Counted from the stretch's first letter, positions 1 to 10,621 are shown. The stretch is 64,000 nucleotides of DNA from Candidatus Poribacteria bacterium (GCA_965198235.1 OZ240248.1:1056001-1120000); one strand, 5' to 3'. The notes: generated from the sequence alone by a model not told the origin. Translations and numbers: made by a program.

Positions 1-126
1 ATTCTGATAGTGTGTAGCACACCTTTTTTCGCGCGCAAAACCCGCAAAACTCGACTTACCTGGACAATCACACGCCAAGCCCGCGCATTCACACTACGAC
101 AGGAAAAGCAACAGGATAGTAGGCAA

Positions 127-524
127 ATGACAGCGAGAGAGCAAAACGAATTTTGCCAAAAGATTATTCAAATCATCGGCACACAACCACGTATCAAAAA
201 GGTGCAAGAGGGGTTATATTGCTGGCGGTGGATAGTTGCCAATAGCGAATTTTGTGTTTACTTGCACGGCAACGATGTCGACGAAATTGGGTTAGTGCTG
301 TTCAATCAAAAAAACTATACTCAAACCTCGAAAGAGATACCACCGTTGAGATCGTCATAAAAGAGGCAGAAATCTTTGCAGAAGATCACGCTTTTAGACT
401 CTCACCACCGAGCAAAAAAAAATGCTCGTTCTGTGCAGAACTTTTGCGAGGAGAGTCAACCGTCTGCCGATACTGCCACCGCCACCAACAAAGAATAGAA
501 AACCGAACTGGTGACAACGCTTAA
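127..524 (+). pseudogene. Hypothetical protein with C-terminal zinc ribbon, split by a frameshift at an A7 run
   Basis: ORF from ATG 127 reads ...FNQK at CAAAAAAAC (307-315). The -1 frame continues KLYSNLERD...KKCSFCAE...CRYC (CxxC...CxxC) to the stop at 524. Confidence 0.5.
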
Positions 525-852
525 CGGGAAGATAGAACGTCCCTGGCAAGGATAGCATTTTGCAAGTCCATCTTCAAGGCTTATGATAAACACGACAAGA
601 ACGGGCATATACCAAGTCCAGATAGATAGAGTCTATTTTAGTCTCACAACAAATATTAAAAAAGGGATTTCTCTTTAAACGTTTCCGCCTGTTAGATCGC
701 CAGATCAATATGGGCGAAATACAAGGAGAAAGTTATGTTTTTCACCGATATAGAGAATCTGCTCATCCTTCTATACATTGCAGTAGGTATATATCTCGCT
801 CACCGAGCCTACAAATCTACTCCAAAGTCAAGACTTTGGATAGCATTAGTTT

Positions 853-2398
853 CCTTGTTTTTGTCCAATGAAGGCGTGGTGTCATTTCTTGTTTTGGAGC
901 GTGTGAATGTAGAAAAGACGTGCCATTGAGAGCCGAAAAAGGTTATCATAGAAGTCTAATAACCTAAGCCTTTGGAGGTTCTCAATGGCAAAGAGGAGTA
1001 TAACAAGAAAACGAAAAGAAAGGAAGAAAAAAAGATGGGTTGTGGCACCACAGGTGCCGTTGTGTGCGCTGGGTGAAGTGTTGCGGAGGAAAGCGGTATT
1101 TCAGGAGCTGCACGACAATGTTTGCATACCGCAGAAAACGATTCGGTATCGTCCAACGGATAAGTTAGTTTTTCTGGTGTTAGGGATGCTGTCAGGTGCC
1201 GAGACGGTCTATGAAATCAATACCCAGGTGCGCCCGGATGCTGTGTTGTTAGAAGCGTTTGGGTATCCAAGGTGTGCGGATGCCTCGGTGATTCATCAGA
1301 CGTTAGATGCGGCAACCGAGGACACCGTGGCAGAACTCGAAGGTGTCTTAGCGAGTCTCCGTGCGAAGCAGGGGCGTATGGCTGAGAAGTCTTGGGTTTC
1401 TCAAGGGGGGATACGGGTGGATATAGACCTCTCGGCCCTACCGGTTTCTCGGCATGCCGAGGGAGCAAAGAAAGGGTATGTGGCGACAATGCGCAATCAG
1501 TACACCCGGCAGCTCGCACGGCTGGTGTGCGGGAATACCCAAGAGGTTCTCTGTAATACATTATACGCCGGCAACACCCGCAGTGATGCCGTTTTCAAGA
1601 CGATGATTGGCAAACTTGAAACCGCATTGGCACTTGATACACCTGAAAAACGCAGCGATGTTCAACTTCGATTTGATGCCGGGTTCGGCACAGATGCCAA
1701 TATCAATTATGCTTTGTGGCGAGGGTATCAACTCCTTGGGAAAATGTATACCACGCGCCGTATCAAGAAGTTGGTGGAGACAGTGGAAACCTGGGAATCC
1801 GTGCCAACGCAGAAAGGCATCTGTGGCAGAGAAGCCGGGTGGGTGTCTCAACCGCATCGGTATGCGAGGCGGACCGTCCAAGTCGCCGTGAGAATACCGA
1901 AAAAAGATGGCACTTGGAGTTATGCGGTGTTGGTCTCAACCCAGACCTCTGCGAGTCTGGCAACCCTCGTCTCTGAATACGACCAGCGCAGTGGCACCCC
2001 AGAGAGCTCTTTCTGTCAGGATTATCAGGCACTCTCGCTGCGGAAATACCGAAAATCAGGGTTTATCGCCCAACAAGTTTTGCTCTGACTTGCCCAACTG
2101 GCACATAACTTGATGATTTGGATCAAGCAGTGGCTCCTGGAGGCAGTCGCAGCACCTGCGGACATCTCAGAAAAGGGTGCCATCGAGCGGCATCAGGCGC
2201 AACAGATGCTTCAAGACCGCGGACTCAAACGGATGAGGCGAGACGTTTTGGCGGTCCCGGGAAAAGTCCGCTTTCAGGGGAAGCAGGTCATTGGGATACG
2301 GCTCAACCCTTTATATCCCTTGATACAACACGTCTCCACCGCATGCAACGCACTCTTTGAACACTATGACATGTAGGTGTTATTGGACAAAACATAGG
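853..2398 (+). mobile_element. IS1380-like insertion sequence
   Basis: Imperfect terminal inverted repeats CCTTGTTTTTGTCCAAT (853-869) and ATTGGACAAAACATAGG (2382-2398). 6-bp direct repeat TAGTTT at 847-852 and 2399-2404. DDE transposase inside. Confidence 0.85.
985..2376 (+). pseudogene. IS1380-like DDE transposase with in-frame TGA at 2086-2088
   Basis: Motifs VDIDLS, LRFDAGF and YDQRSGTPESSF. After QQVLL* the same frame continues LAQLAHNLMIW... to 2376. Confidence 0.8.
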
Positions 2399-2518
2399 TA
2401 GTTTGTGCAGAATTCCAATCCAAACGCTCACTGCGAGGCAAGTGGACACTACAATAACTGTTTTACCGAACTCACATGAGAGCAAGGATATTCACAATGC
2501 GAATCGGAGGGAATACCA

Positions 2519-3361
2519 ATGAAATGGTTAGCATTTCTTTTTATCGTTGTACTATTCACAACAAACCAAGCGACTGCTGAATTGGACCGTGACCTCGTCG
2601 TTTATTTTACCTTTGACAAGGTAAAAGGCAAGAAGATTCTTGATGCGTCCGGCAACGATCTTGATGCCGAAGCCGTTGCAAATATAGATTTTGTCGAAGG
2701 CAAATATGGGGATGCGATTCATATTGCCGCTGAAGCGAAAGATGATGATTGCGTCCATGTTCCTGCTGACGATCTGCTAAGGATCGAAGATGAGATAACA
2801 ATGATGGCGTGGGTGTATCATGAAGATTGGAACACGGTTTCGGGACAGTTGTTTGATAACGGGAGCCACATCTTGGGTGAGGAGAAGAAGTCCTATGGCT
2901 TAGGGCTATTCCCTGATCCCGAAAATCCCGGATTTCTGAGGAATTTTAATGATCCAAATATCGTAATGCGCTTGGGCGGAGTCTCGGACGGGCGTAGAGA
3001 GCTTACGTGGAGTTTCTGGACCTGGGGGCAGATGGTGGATAAAGAGTGGCATCATATCGCTGGGACTTACGATGGTAGGACCAAGAGAATTTATCTGGAT
3101 GGCGAAATTCTTTCTGATGACGAAATAGTGGACTTTGAGTTCATAGGTACTAATGACGCGGACCTGCGCATCGGGTGTGCCAAGAACCACTCACAATATA
3201 CCTTCAAAAATGGTTCAATTGACGAAGTAGGCTTATGGCGACGCGCCCTGACTCAATCTGAAATCAGGGAAGTAATGAGAGGTGCTTTGGCGGTTTCACC
3301 CAAGGATAAGGTTGCCACCACTTGGGGCGATATTAAGCATAGGGCAGGCACTGACGAATAG
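2519..3361 (+). CDS. Secreted LamG/concanavalin A-like domain protein with C-terminal TWG tail
   Basis: GGAGG RBS, signal peptide, LVVYFTFD...DASGN, WHHIAGTYDG, GSIDEVGLWRRALT; ends AVSPKDKVATTWGDIK. Confidence 0.85.
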   Translation: MKWLAFLFIVVLFTTNQATAELDRDLVVYFTFDKVKGKKILDASGNDLDAEAVANIDFVEGKYGDAIHIAAEAKDDDCVHVPADDLLRIEDEITMMAWVYHEDWNTVSGQLFDNGSHILGEEKKSYGLGLFPDPENPGFLRNFNDPNIVMRLGGVSDGRRELTWSFWTWGQMVDKEWHHIAGTYDGRTKRIYLDGEILSDDEIVDFEFIGTNDADLRIGCAKNHSQYTFKNGSIDEVGLWRRALTQSEIREVMRGALAVSPKDKVATTWGDIKHRAGTDE

Positions 3362-3481
3362 ATCTTTGTCCCTAAGAGTAGAATATCTTTTTATAGGGCA
3401 GCTTCTGAATTGTTTATGCCCATCATAAACTTCACAGCTGCTACGAGTGCCTCTTAACTGATAACCCCATGAGGTAAGTTT

Positions 3482-5005
3482 ATGCGGACACTTTGGCTCA
3501 TTATCCAACGAGAATTCGTCTCAAATGTGTTGACATCCCGATTCATGATAGGGTTTATCGTGTGCCTGCTTTCAACAGCCGTCGCGGTTTTCGTTCAGGT
3601 GGACGATTATGAGAAGCGTTTGTCGGGGTATAACACTGCCGTCCGGGAGGCGAAGACGGAAGCGCGGGACTGGGATCTCTATGTCGACATCAAACCGAAA
3701 GCCCACCGAAAACCGAATCCGCTGAGTATCTTTAACGTTGGAACGGAGAATGATGGGGCAAATACGGTCACTGTTGAACTGGGAAAACCTATCTTTGAAT
3801 TCTCCTCCCCTATGTGGGGAGCACCGACACAGAAGCGAGGCTCAAACAACCCCTTCCTTGCAATGTTCCTGACTGTTGATGTGGTTTTTATCTTCAAAAT
3901 TGTGCTCAGTGCCTTAGCGATTCTGTTCGCTTACAATACCGTTTCGGGAGAGAGAGAAGACGGCACACTAAAGCTTGTGTTATCCAATTCAATACCGAGG
4001 GATACAGTGGTTTTGGGTAAATATCTCGGTGGAATGCTGTCGCTGTTCCCAATTGTATTGGTGAGTTTAATCGTAGCACTGCTAATCGCTGTCTCTTCCC
4101 CAGTTACCGGCTTTGATGGAAACGATATTGCCCACATCGTCCTGATATTCGGTGTTTCGTTGTTGTACGTGTCGACATGGTATCTATTAGGACTCCTCTT
4201 GTCAGTTTGGACAAAGGAAGCCGCAACAACGTTAATCCTTTCGATGTTTATCTGGGTGGTTCTGACGAGTGTTCATGCGAATGTTGTAACGTTTGCAGTG
4301 GATAAATTCTCGCCCTATCAGTCGCAATCTGAGGGGGCATTTCTCCAACCTGCTTTCGATGTCTGGGACGAGTACAAAAAAGAACGGGATGCCTACTTCA
4401 AACAGAGAGGCTACGATGATTTGAAAGAGTCAATTACTTGGGAACCTGAGACGAGTTCAACGGGGTTAGGCTCGCATTCCTATACTGGAGGCTATTTCAG
4501 AATAAGGCGTTATAGCGTCACAAATGTTAGCAAAGCGGACACCACTATCTTCCAAGAACTTTTAGGGTATCAAGAGCGGCTTCGGAGCGAATATGCGAAT
4601 AAAGCGGAGGAGATTCTCAACAAACCTGCGGCAGAACGAGAGTGGGATGCAAAGCTCGCAGACGCACTCTCCCGTATCTCGTTTGCAGATGTATATCACT
4701 TCGCTGTCGGGACAATAGCAGGAACCGACCGGCAGAGTTACAACGATTTTATTGAGGGTTCCAGAGCCTATAAACGTGAGATTGTTGAGTATCTGAAAGA
4801 TAAAGAGGCGTTTTCTTCACGGGCATGGTTCTCCACTGACAAGGGGGCTGCGGATTTAGCATATCTGCCTGTTTTTAAACATAAAAGGCTCTCTATCTCA
4901 GAAAGCTTCGTACGTGCGTCAGTGGATATTTTGATTTTATTGGCATGGAATATTGTTCTATTCATGACGGCTTATGTGTCCTTCCTTCGATATGATATGA
5001 GTTAA
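3482..5005 (+). CDS. ABC-2 type transporter permease
   Basis: Motif VSGEREDGTLKLVLSNSIPRDTVVLGKYLG; multiple TM segments. Confidence 0.85.
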   Translation: MRTLWLIIQREFVSNVLTSRFMIGFIVCLLSTAVAVFVQVDDYEKRLSGYNTAVREAKTEARDWDLYVDIKPKAHRKPNPLSIFNVGTENDGANTVTVELGKPIFEFSSPMWGAPTQKRGSNNPFLAMFLTVDVVFIFKIVLSALAILFAYNTVSGEREDGTLKLVLSNSIPRDTVVLGKYLGGMLSLFPIVLVSLIVALLIAVSSPVTGFDGNDIAHIVLIFGVSLLYVSTWYLLGLLLSVWTKEAATTLILSMFIWVVLTSVHANVVTFAVDKFSPYQSQSEGAFLQPAFDVWDEYKKERDAYFKQRGYDDLKESITWEPETSSTGLGSHSYTGGYFRIRRYSVTNVSKADTTIFQELLGYQERLRSEYANKAEEILNKPAAEREWDAKLADALSRISFADVYHFAVGTIAGTDRQSYNDFIEGSRAYKREIVEYLKDKEAFSSRAWFSTDKGAADLAYLPVFKHKRLSISESFVRASVDILILLAWNIVLFMTAYVSFLRYDMS

Positions 5006-5012
5006 AAAGGAG

Positions 5013-5090
5013 GGTTATCAGTTGTCCGTTGTCAGGAGAATGGCTGACTGCTATCTTCCTGACCGCTGATTGCTGATGGCTCATGGCTAT
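5013..5090. repeat. Degenerate 7-bp tandem repeats in two inverted arms
   Basis: GTTATCA-GTTGTCC-GTTGTCAG ... CTGACTG/CTGACCG/CTGATTG/CTGATGG. Same family at 16021-16130, 18955-19085, 24113-24150 and 56093-56330. Confidence 0.7.
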
Positions 5091-5095
5091 TAAAA

Positions 5096-6541
5096 ATGAT
5101 TTTACACATTGCAAAAAAAGAAATTCATCACAATCTCACGACACTCCGGTTTGCGTTGATGATAATCCTCCTACCCGTTTTGTTTGTGGCGAACGCACTG
5201 ATATATAGCCTCGGCGATAATGGTTATACTACGCAGATTAATGGCTACAACGAACGGGTGAGACAAAATAGAAAGCATATTAAAGAGCAAGCGAACGTAA
5301 GTTTAGCGGAGTTGGCACTTAGGGGACCTGGGGATATCCCGAAACACCCCAGTCGTCTGATATTCTGTGCCGGTGGCGTTGATGAAGTCGTATCGCGTTC
5401 TATTAAATTGAAAAGCGATTACAATTTTAGTCGCAGTAGCGGTATTGAGGATGAGGACTACGCGTGGCGACATCCATTGAGATTAGAGTATGAGGTCGTA
5501 AGTTCCGGCAGCAACTCGACAGGACGTGTCAAGATCAACTGGGTTTTCATCGGTGTCCTGATGAGTTTCTTTGCAATCTTGTTCACGTTCGACGCTGTCG
5601 CTGGAGAACGGATGCGCGGCACGTTGAGCCTGATAATGTCGAACACGGTCTCGCGCGGACAGGTATTGTTAGGGAAATATCTCGGTGCGTTTGTGACACT
5701 CATAGTGCCACTTGTTATGGGTGTCCTCATAAACCTCTTAATCATTCTTCTCATGGGCAGCATTCCATTTGATTCGGCAGATTGGCTGAGAATTGTGGGT
5801 ATAGTCGGACTTTTTGCGTTGCACATCTCTGTCTTTATTTTTCTCGGGTTGTTTTTTTCAAGTCGCGTTTCAAATGCTATTACAAGTTTGGTGTGGCTCC
5901 TATTAACTTGGGTCTGTTTGGCTTATGTTTTCCCGAGTTTACTTGGTACCTTTGTCAGCAATCTAAATCCGATACCGTCCGTTGATGAAATTTCCATGCG
6001 AAGACAGACACAATTAGACCAGATTGAAGACGAGTGGCAACGGGGTTCCCCAAAGAGGTTACAGAAATCACCTTCCCTCGAAAGAATTTCCGTGACACGT
6101 CTCTGGGCGGAATACTTCACAGCAATCAACAATACAGATACACAAATTGGCGATGGACACATCGACCAACAACTCCAGCAGGTACAACTCGCCCGTGATC
6201 TCACCCAAATCTCTCCGATAGCGACTTTTCAGTATGCGATGGAAGGACTTGCGAACACGAGTATTGTCGGTTATATGAATTTCGTCAAACAGGCGCGCCG
6301 CTATCGACAGACGTTCATAGACTTCGTTAAAACAGAAGACCAGGGTGACCCAGAAAGCCTACATATCTATCCTGTGAGAGAAGGATTGTCCCAGAAATCG
6401 GTGGATCCGAATGCTGTCCCCGTATTTTCGGAACAGATTTCCTACCGGAGTGTGTTATCCCAAGTCGGTTTACTGGTGCTCTTTAATCTGCTCTTCTTTG
6501 TTATCGCGCAGGTCTCATTTTTGGTGAGCGAGGTAAAATAA
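5096..6541 (+). CDS. ABC-2 type transporter permease (paralog of upstream gene)
   Basis: Motif VAGERMRGTLSLIMSNTVSRGQVLLGKYLG; TM segments. Confidence 0.85.
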   Translation: MILHIAKKEIHHNLTTLRFALMIILLPVLFVANALIYSLGDNGYTTQINGYNERVRQNRKHIKEQANVSLAELALRGPGDIPKHPSRLIFCAGGVDEVVSRSIKLKSDYNFSRSSGIEDEDYAWRHPLRLEYEVVSSGSNSTGRVKINWVFIGVLMSFFAILFTFDAVAGERMRGTLSLIMSNTVSRGQVLLGKYLGAFVTLIVPLVMGVLINLLIILLMGSIPFDSADWLRIVGIVGLFALHISVFIFLGLFFSSRVSNAITSLVWLLLTWVCLAYVFPSLLGTFVSNLNPIPSVDEISMRRQTQLDQIEDEWQRGSPKRLQKSPSLERISVTRLWAEYFTAINNTDTQIGDGHIDQQLQQVQLARDLTQISPIATFQYAMEGLANTSIVGYMNFVKQARRYRQTFIDFVKTEDQGDPESLHIYPVREGLSQKSVDPNAVPVFSEQISYRSVLSQVGLLVLFNLLFFVIAQVSFLVSEVK

Positions 6542-6591
6542 CACAACATGAACATCTTAAAGCCGTTCATATCCGCGTCTCGGTCAAGGTT

Positions 6592-6692
6592 CACCAGAAA
6601 CCATCGTGAAATGAAATTAGGTTTCCTTAAATGGCGTAATTTGTCTTTGCTTTACATTTGGAACGATGCCCAAGAGTGCATAGTTTAAAAAC
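6592..6692. repeat. Intergenic repeat family B (ACCATCGTGAAA...TGGAACGATGCCC...TTTAAAAA)
   Basis: Similar to 16932-17117, 43695-43735 and the reverse-complement copy at about 26968-27050. Confidence 0.7.
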
Positions 6693-6800
6693 CTTGCTGT
6701 TTTGTGGAGAATCTGTTAAAGTTAATCGCTAAATGTATCGTATTGAGTTTCTCCAAATTTCTGAGGCACACGCCTATTCAATTCCTACAAGATATGTATA

Positions 6801-8072
6801 ATGATGAATGTCACAGTCTGCAACCCATTATTAAGGACCCCTCTGTCACTTATCGTTGACGATTCGTGTCCGGTAATTAATCTCACCTACTACTGGATAC
6901 ACCAACGACACGCGTGGAAAGCGCGACACCAACCCGGTATCCCTCCAGAACGTTGGGAAGGCAACGCCACGCAACTGAAAAGCATACCACCCACAATCCC
7001 CTCAGATTTCGCGTGGGAGTGGGCAGAATGGTGCTGGGAAAACGGTGTGAAAGGCAAATTTAGCCTCATTCCTTATCCAGCAGGAATCGGACGCGTCGAC
7101 GAAGGATTTCCGGACTTCTCGACACATGAATATCATGCGTGGCTCCGAATCTACCGAGAACTGATTTGGCCGAGTTTTGACTTGACACCGGAGATGCTCA
7201 CACATACCGCTGTCGTTGATCTGGACACATTCAGCCTCACCGAAGAGTGGGAACAGGTAGAATGGGTAGATCCGCCGACTGATAATAGACTCACGGACTA
7301 CATTATCGCAGCAATGGAAATGCTTGATAATGTTGGCATTCCCTGTGAAGGTGTGACGAGTCCCGGTGCCTTTGGAAAACGGCAAGAAGCGGCGTATGCG
7401 AAAGCAGTGCTAACCGCCTCTCAACATGTCAATAACAACCCGCGTCCATTCTATTTTCTCTGGCTCAAGCATGATGAACTGCCTGATGTGCCTATCTGGT
7501 ACGCCGAAAGGGAGAATGGAATTGCTGTTGCCAGTATTGTCGCATGCGCTGGTGACTGGTTCGGTGGTTGGACGGGCTACGATTTGGGAGATGCTGATCG
7601 GTTCATTACAGAAGATTTACAGGGGGGACGTTTACCACCGATTCTTGAAAAGGAACTTCCCTGTGTCCTCGTTGGGCATTGGCCCGGGTTCTATTTCAAC
7701 GGTGAAAAATCTGGGTTTGACGTGCTAAAAACCGTCAAGTCACGACTGGACAATTATGATCCAGATGGCACGAAAACACTCTGGATGAAAACCTCGGAGA
7801 TCGGTCACTACTGGATGGCACGTGAACTTACCGAGATTATCGTGATGGAAGAACAGCAGCAAATTAACCTCTCCACCCAATTCCCAACAGCAAACTTCAC
7901 ACTCGCTTTTGATGCCCCGATACGCCATATTCAGGTTAACGGATGGGACCTCCGCGAAGTTCATTCCCGACGTGATTTTCAAAGGGATACGTTTCTCATT
8001 GAAGGCAACCAGACGTTTGTCGCCTTTGATTTGGAAATTGGCGAGACGCAGCTTGCGCTTATTGTAGCATAG
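6801..8072 (+). CDS. Hypothetical protein, possibly polysaccharide deacetylase/NodB-like barrel
   Basis: Long ORF; SLIVDD N-terminal motif, EMLTH, GVTSPG, LVGHW. Confidence 0.55.
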   Translation: MMNVTVCNPLLRTPLSLIVDDSCPVINLTYYWIHQRHAWKARHQPGIPPERWEGNATQLKSIPPTIPSDFAWEWAEWCWENGVKGKFSLIPYPAGIGRVDEGFPDFSTHEYHAWLRIYRELIWPSFDLTPEMLTHTAVVDLDTFSLTEEWEQVEWVDPPTDNRLTDYIIAAMEMLDNVGIPCEGVTSPGAFGKRQEAAYAKAVLTASQHVNNNPRPFYFLWLKHDELPDVPIWYAERENGIAVASIVACAGDWFGGWTGYDLGDADRFITEDLQGGRLPPILEKELPCVLVGHWPGFYFNGEKSGFDVLKTVKSRLDNYDPDGTKTLWMKTSEIGHYWMARELTEIIVMEEQQQINLSTQFPTANFTLAFDAPIRHIQVNGWDLREVHSRRDFQRDTFLIEGNQTFVAFDLEIGETQLALIVA

Positions 8073-8096
8073 CCTGTCAGGCTGTGCCTCTTTTCC

Positions 8097-8846
8097 TTAC
8101 GGAATGAGAATTCTGCCCCCACTTGCAATGACCGTCGAGCCTGTCATATAACTCGATTCCTCGCTCAAAAGGAACGCTATCACATCTGCCATCTCTTCCG
8201 GTTCACCAAGCCTGCCAAGGGGTGTCGTAGACCGAAGTTGTTCCACCATCTCTGGTGAGACTTCTCCTAACATATCTGTCGCTATTGCCCCCGGTGCAAC
8301 CGAATTGATGCGGATGTTGTGCGGTGCAAGCGGTCCGCAGCACGATTTCGTCAGGGCAATCACGCCGGCTTTTGCCGCCGCGTATGGCAATTGGTTCGGA
8401 CGGACTGCCAACGCAGCGATTGATGACACGTTAACAATACGCCCAAATTGTTGTGCAATCATCCCCGGTTTGACTGCCCATAACACATTGAAGGGACCTG
8501 TTAGGTTGATCGCGATAATCCGGTCCCAATGTTCAGGAGCGAGTTCGTCAAACGCCATATCACCGACATCTCCGGCGTTATTTACCAGCAATTCAATTGC
8601 CCCAAATTCTTCTGTCACTGTCGTGACCATTCTGTTCACAGCATCTCTGTCGGCGATATCGGCTTGGACAAATATTGCTTTCTGTCCCAGGCCGCGAATC
8701 TGCTCACAGACGGCTTCCGCTTTCGCAACCGCGCGGGAATAGTGAACGGCAACAGTCGCGCCTTCACTGGCAAGTTTGATTGCAGTTGCCTTTCCAATCC
8801 CCCGGCTTCCGCCGGTTACCAATGCGACCCTTCCCTGAAATTTCAT
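8097..8846 (-). CDS. SDR family oxidoreductase (FabG-like)
   Basis: TGGSRGIG, NNAG, YAAAK. AAGGAG RBS before ATG 8846. Confidence 0.9.
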   Translation of the reverse strand: MKFQGRVALVTGGSRGIGKATAIKLASEGATVAVHYSRAVAKAEAVCEQIRGLGQKAIFVQADIADRDAVNRMVTTVTEEFGAIELLVNNAGDVGDMAFDELAPEHWDRIIAINLTGPFNVLWAVKPGMIAQQFGRIVNVSSIAALAVRPNQLPYAAAKAGVIALTKSCCGPLAPHNIRINSVAPGAIATDMLGEVSPEMVEQLRSTTPLGRLGEPEEMADVIAFLLSEESSYMTGSTVIASGGRILIP

Positions 8847-8857
8847 CGAATCTCCTT

Positions 8858-8931
8858 CTATAAAAGTGCTTGCAGTTGTTCCCATATATCGTCGAAAACC
8901 GGTGTCGTGGCGGCGGCGAAATTCTGCTCTA
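8858..8931 (-). repeat. Duplicated 3' end of the aldo/keto reductase gene (direct repeat of 9709-9782)
   Basis: 64/72 nt identical to 9709-9780, with a 29-bp perfect core GGTGTCGTGGCGGCGGCGAAATTCTGCTC. Confidence 0.85.
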
Positions 8932-8971
8932 CCTTTTTTGGAAGCAGAATTGATGCGTAGAATTCAGCCGG

Positions 8972-9379
8972 TTATTGCCCTTTCTGCTGTTCGATCTCTG
9001 TTGATACGGAGATCCAAATGGCTCGCGCTTGTCCAACGGCTGTGTAAGCCTCTGTTTTTGTAGCTTCTTGCCACTCACCTGGATACCGGGCTTCAACTGC
9101 CCATTCGCTTAAACTCGCCAAGTCTCGATGTGCGGCTTTGAGTTGCCAACTATCAGGCACCAAATTCCGCAGAATATTCAAGTCATGCGTTCTCGGAAAA
9201 TCAATCTGTAAGAAGATTAATACCGCCTTGAGTGCCTTTTCAGCAGATTGTTGCGCGTGCCAACAAGCTTGACGAGGTGGAACGTGTGGCTGTCTTAAAA
9301 GGGTTTCAGCAGTTCTCAAGTCTTCTTCGGCATAGCGCAGCTAGCGGGCGGTGTCTGTGAGTCGATCAGGCACTTGCAT
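8972..9379 (-). pseudogene. HEPN domain toxin with in-frame TAG at codon 13
   Basis: MQVPDRLTDTAR*LRYAEEDL...AQQSAEKALKA...FPRTHDL...EARYP. Start overlaps the end of the MNT gene. Confidence 0.8.
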
Positions 9380-9680
9380 AGAGGACTCTTCCCTCTCGTT
9401 GGGCATAACGCAGCACCGATCCGATCCGCGTGCGGTGACGTTCGAGTTCTTCGGGCGTTGATACAAGGATGTCTTTCGCCACAGGCAAATCCGCCAAGGC
9501 GACTCGGATGTCAACAGCAGTTTTCCGTTTATCATTGAGTTCGGAGAAAACCACGAGCAGATCCACATCGCTGTGTGAATGGGCGTCTTCCCGCGCATGT
9601 GAACCGAAGAGAACGATCTGTAGTGGATCGAAATCGCGAACGATGCGCTCTGTCATAGTTGAGATGATTTCGTTATTCAT
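9366..9680 (-). CDS. Minimal nucleotidyltransferase (MNT) antitoxin
   Basis: IVLFGSHAREDAHSHSDVDLLVV (GS...DxD motif), 104 aa, upstream of HEPN. Confidence 0.9.
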   Translation of the reverse strand: MNNEIISTMTERIVRDFDPLQIVLFGSHAREDAHSHSDVDLLVVFSELNDKRKTAVDIRVALADLPVAKDILVSTPEELERHRTRIGSVLRYAQREGRVLYASA

Positions 9681-9708
9681 CTTTCCGCACCTTTATTTCT
9701 TATATCTC

Positions 9709-10611
9709 CTACAAAAGTTCCTGTAGTTGTTCCCACACATCGTCGGAAACGGGTGTCGTGGCGGCGGCGAAATTCTGCTCGACTTCTGCCGCATTCTTAG
9801 AACCGGTCAGACTCATCGCAATGCGAGGTTGACGGAAACAGAATTGAATGGCGAGATTCAGGAGATTCAGATTGTTTTCGGTTGCCCACTGCCAGAGTCG
9901 ATGTGCCTTTTCAGCATCGGATGTGTCTAAGTGCATCCTGTCGACTGAAACATCCGGCTCAACACCAGAAAGCAACCCCATTGCGATAGGACTTCCGTTA
10001 ATGATTCCGATGTCGTTTTCAGCAGCAAGGGGTAACAGCCAATCGTTTGCGGTTTGACTCAGGAGTGTGTAATCCAAATACGTTAGAATTACATCAACAA
10101 CACCGGTTTCGATGGCGATTTTGTGAAATTCGTGTTGTCGAACCCCGAGTCCGATAAACTTAAGCAATCCCTCCTCGCGCATCCGTTGGAGTTCGTCGAA
10201 TGCACCGCCTTTTGCCACAACGGGGTCCATGCTGTCTGGGTCATGCACTAAGCAGACATCGAGATAGTCGGTGCCGAGTAGACGCAGGCTGTTTTCGACG
10301 CTTCGGCGGGTCCCTGAGGCACTAAAATCGCCGCGCCATTCAGGGTGCGTTCCTGTCTTCGTGGCGAGGTAAATCTTCTCACGCCAACCGTCGGCGAGTG
10401 CAAGCCCTACCCGTCTTTCGCTCTCACCGTAGAGCGGTGCGGTGTCAAGATAGTTTATTCCCAACGTGATGGCTCGGTGTACCGCCTCAATCGCTTCATC
10501 GTCGGTAACATCACCTCTACCGACGCCTGCCCCTCCCATGCCGAGGTATGTAACCTCTAATTCCGTGCGTCCCAATCGTCGCAGCGGCAACGGATGAGTT
10601 TGTGTTGACAT
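9709..10611 (-). CDS. Aldo/keto reductase
   Basis: RRLGRT, GINYLDTAPLYGESE, YLATK, SLRLLGTDYLD. Confidence 0.9.
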   Translation of the reverse strand: MSTQTHPLPLRRLGRTELEVTYLGMGGAGVGRGDVTDDEAIEAVHRAITLGINYLDTAPLYGESERRVGLALADGWREKIYLATKTGTHPEWRGDFSASGTRRSVENSLRLLGTDYLDVCLVHDPDSMDPVVAKGGAFDELQRMREEGLLKFIGLGVRQHEFHKIAIETGVVDVILTYLDYTLLSQTANDWLLPLAAENDIGIINGSPIAMGLLSGVEPDVSVDRMHLDTSDAEKAHRLWQWATENNLNLLNLAIQFCFRQPRIAMSLTGSKNAAEVEQNFAAATTPVSDDVWEQLQELL

Positions 10612-10621
10612 GGTTTACCTC

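Larger units (their letters stand above)
735..2456 (+). pseudogene. Small membrane protein interrupted by the IS at 853-2398
   Basis: AAGGAG RBS and ATG 735. Removing the IS and one TAGTTT copy restores ...WIALVCAEFQSKRSLRGKWTLQ* ending at 2456. Confidence 0.5.

Noticed and set aside
2086-2088. In-frame TGA in the IS1380-like transposase as selenocysteine
   Set aside because: It lies in a hydrophobic helix (VLL*LAQLAHN), not at a Cys or redox position, and has no comparable hairpin. Treated as a nonsense mutation.
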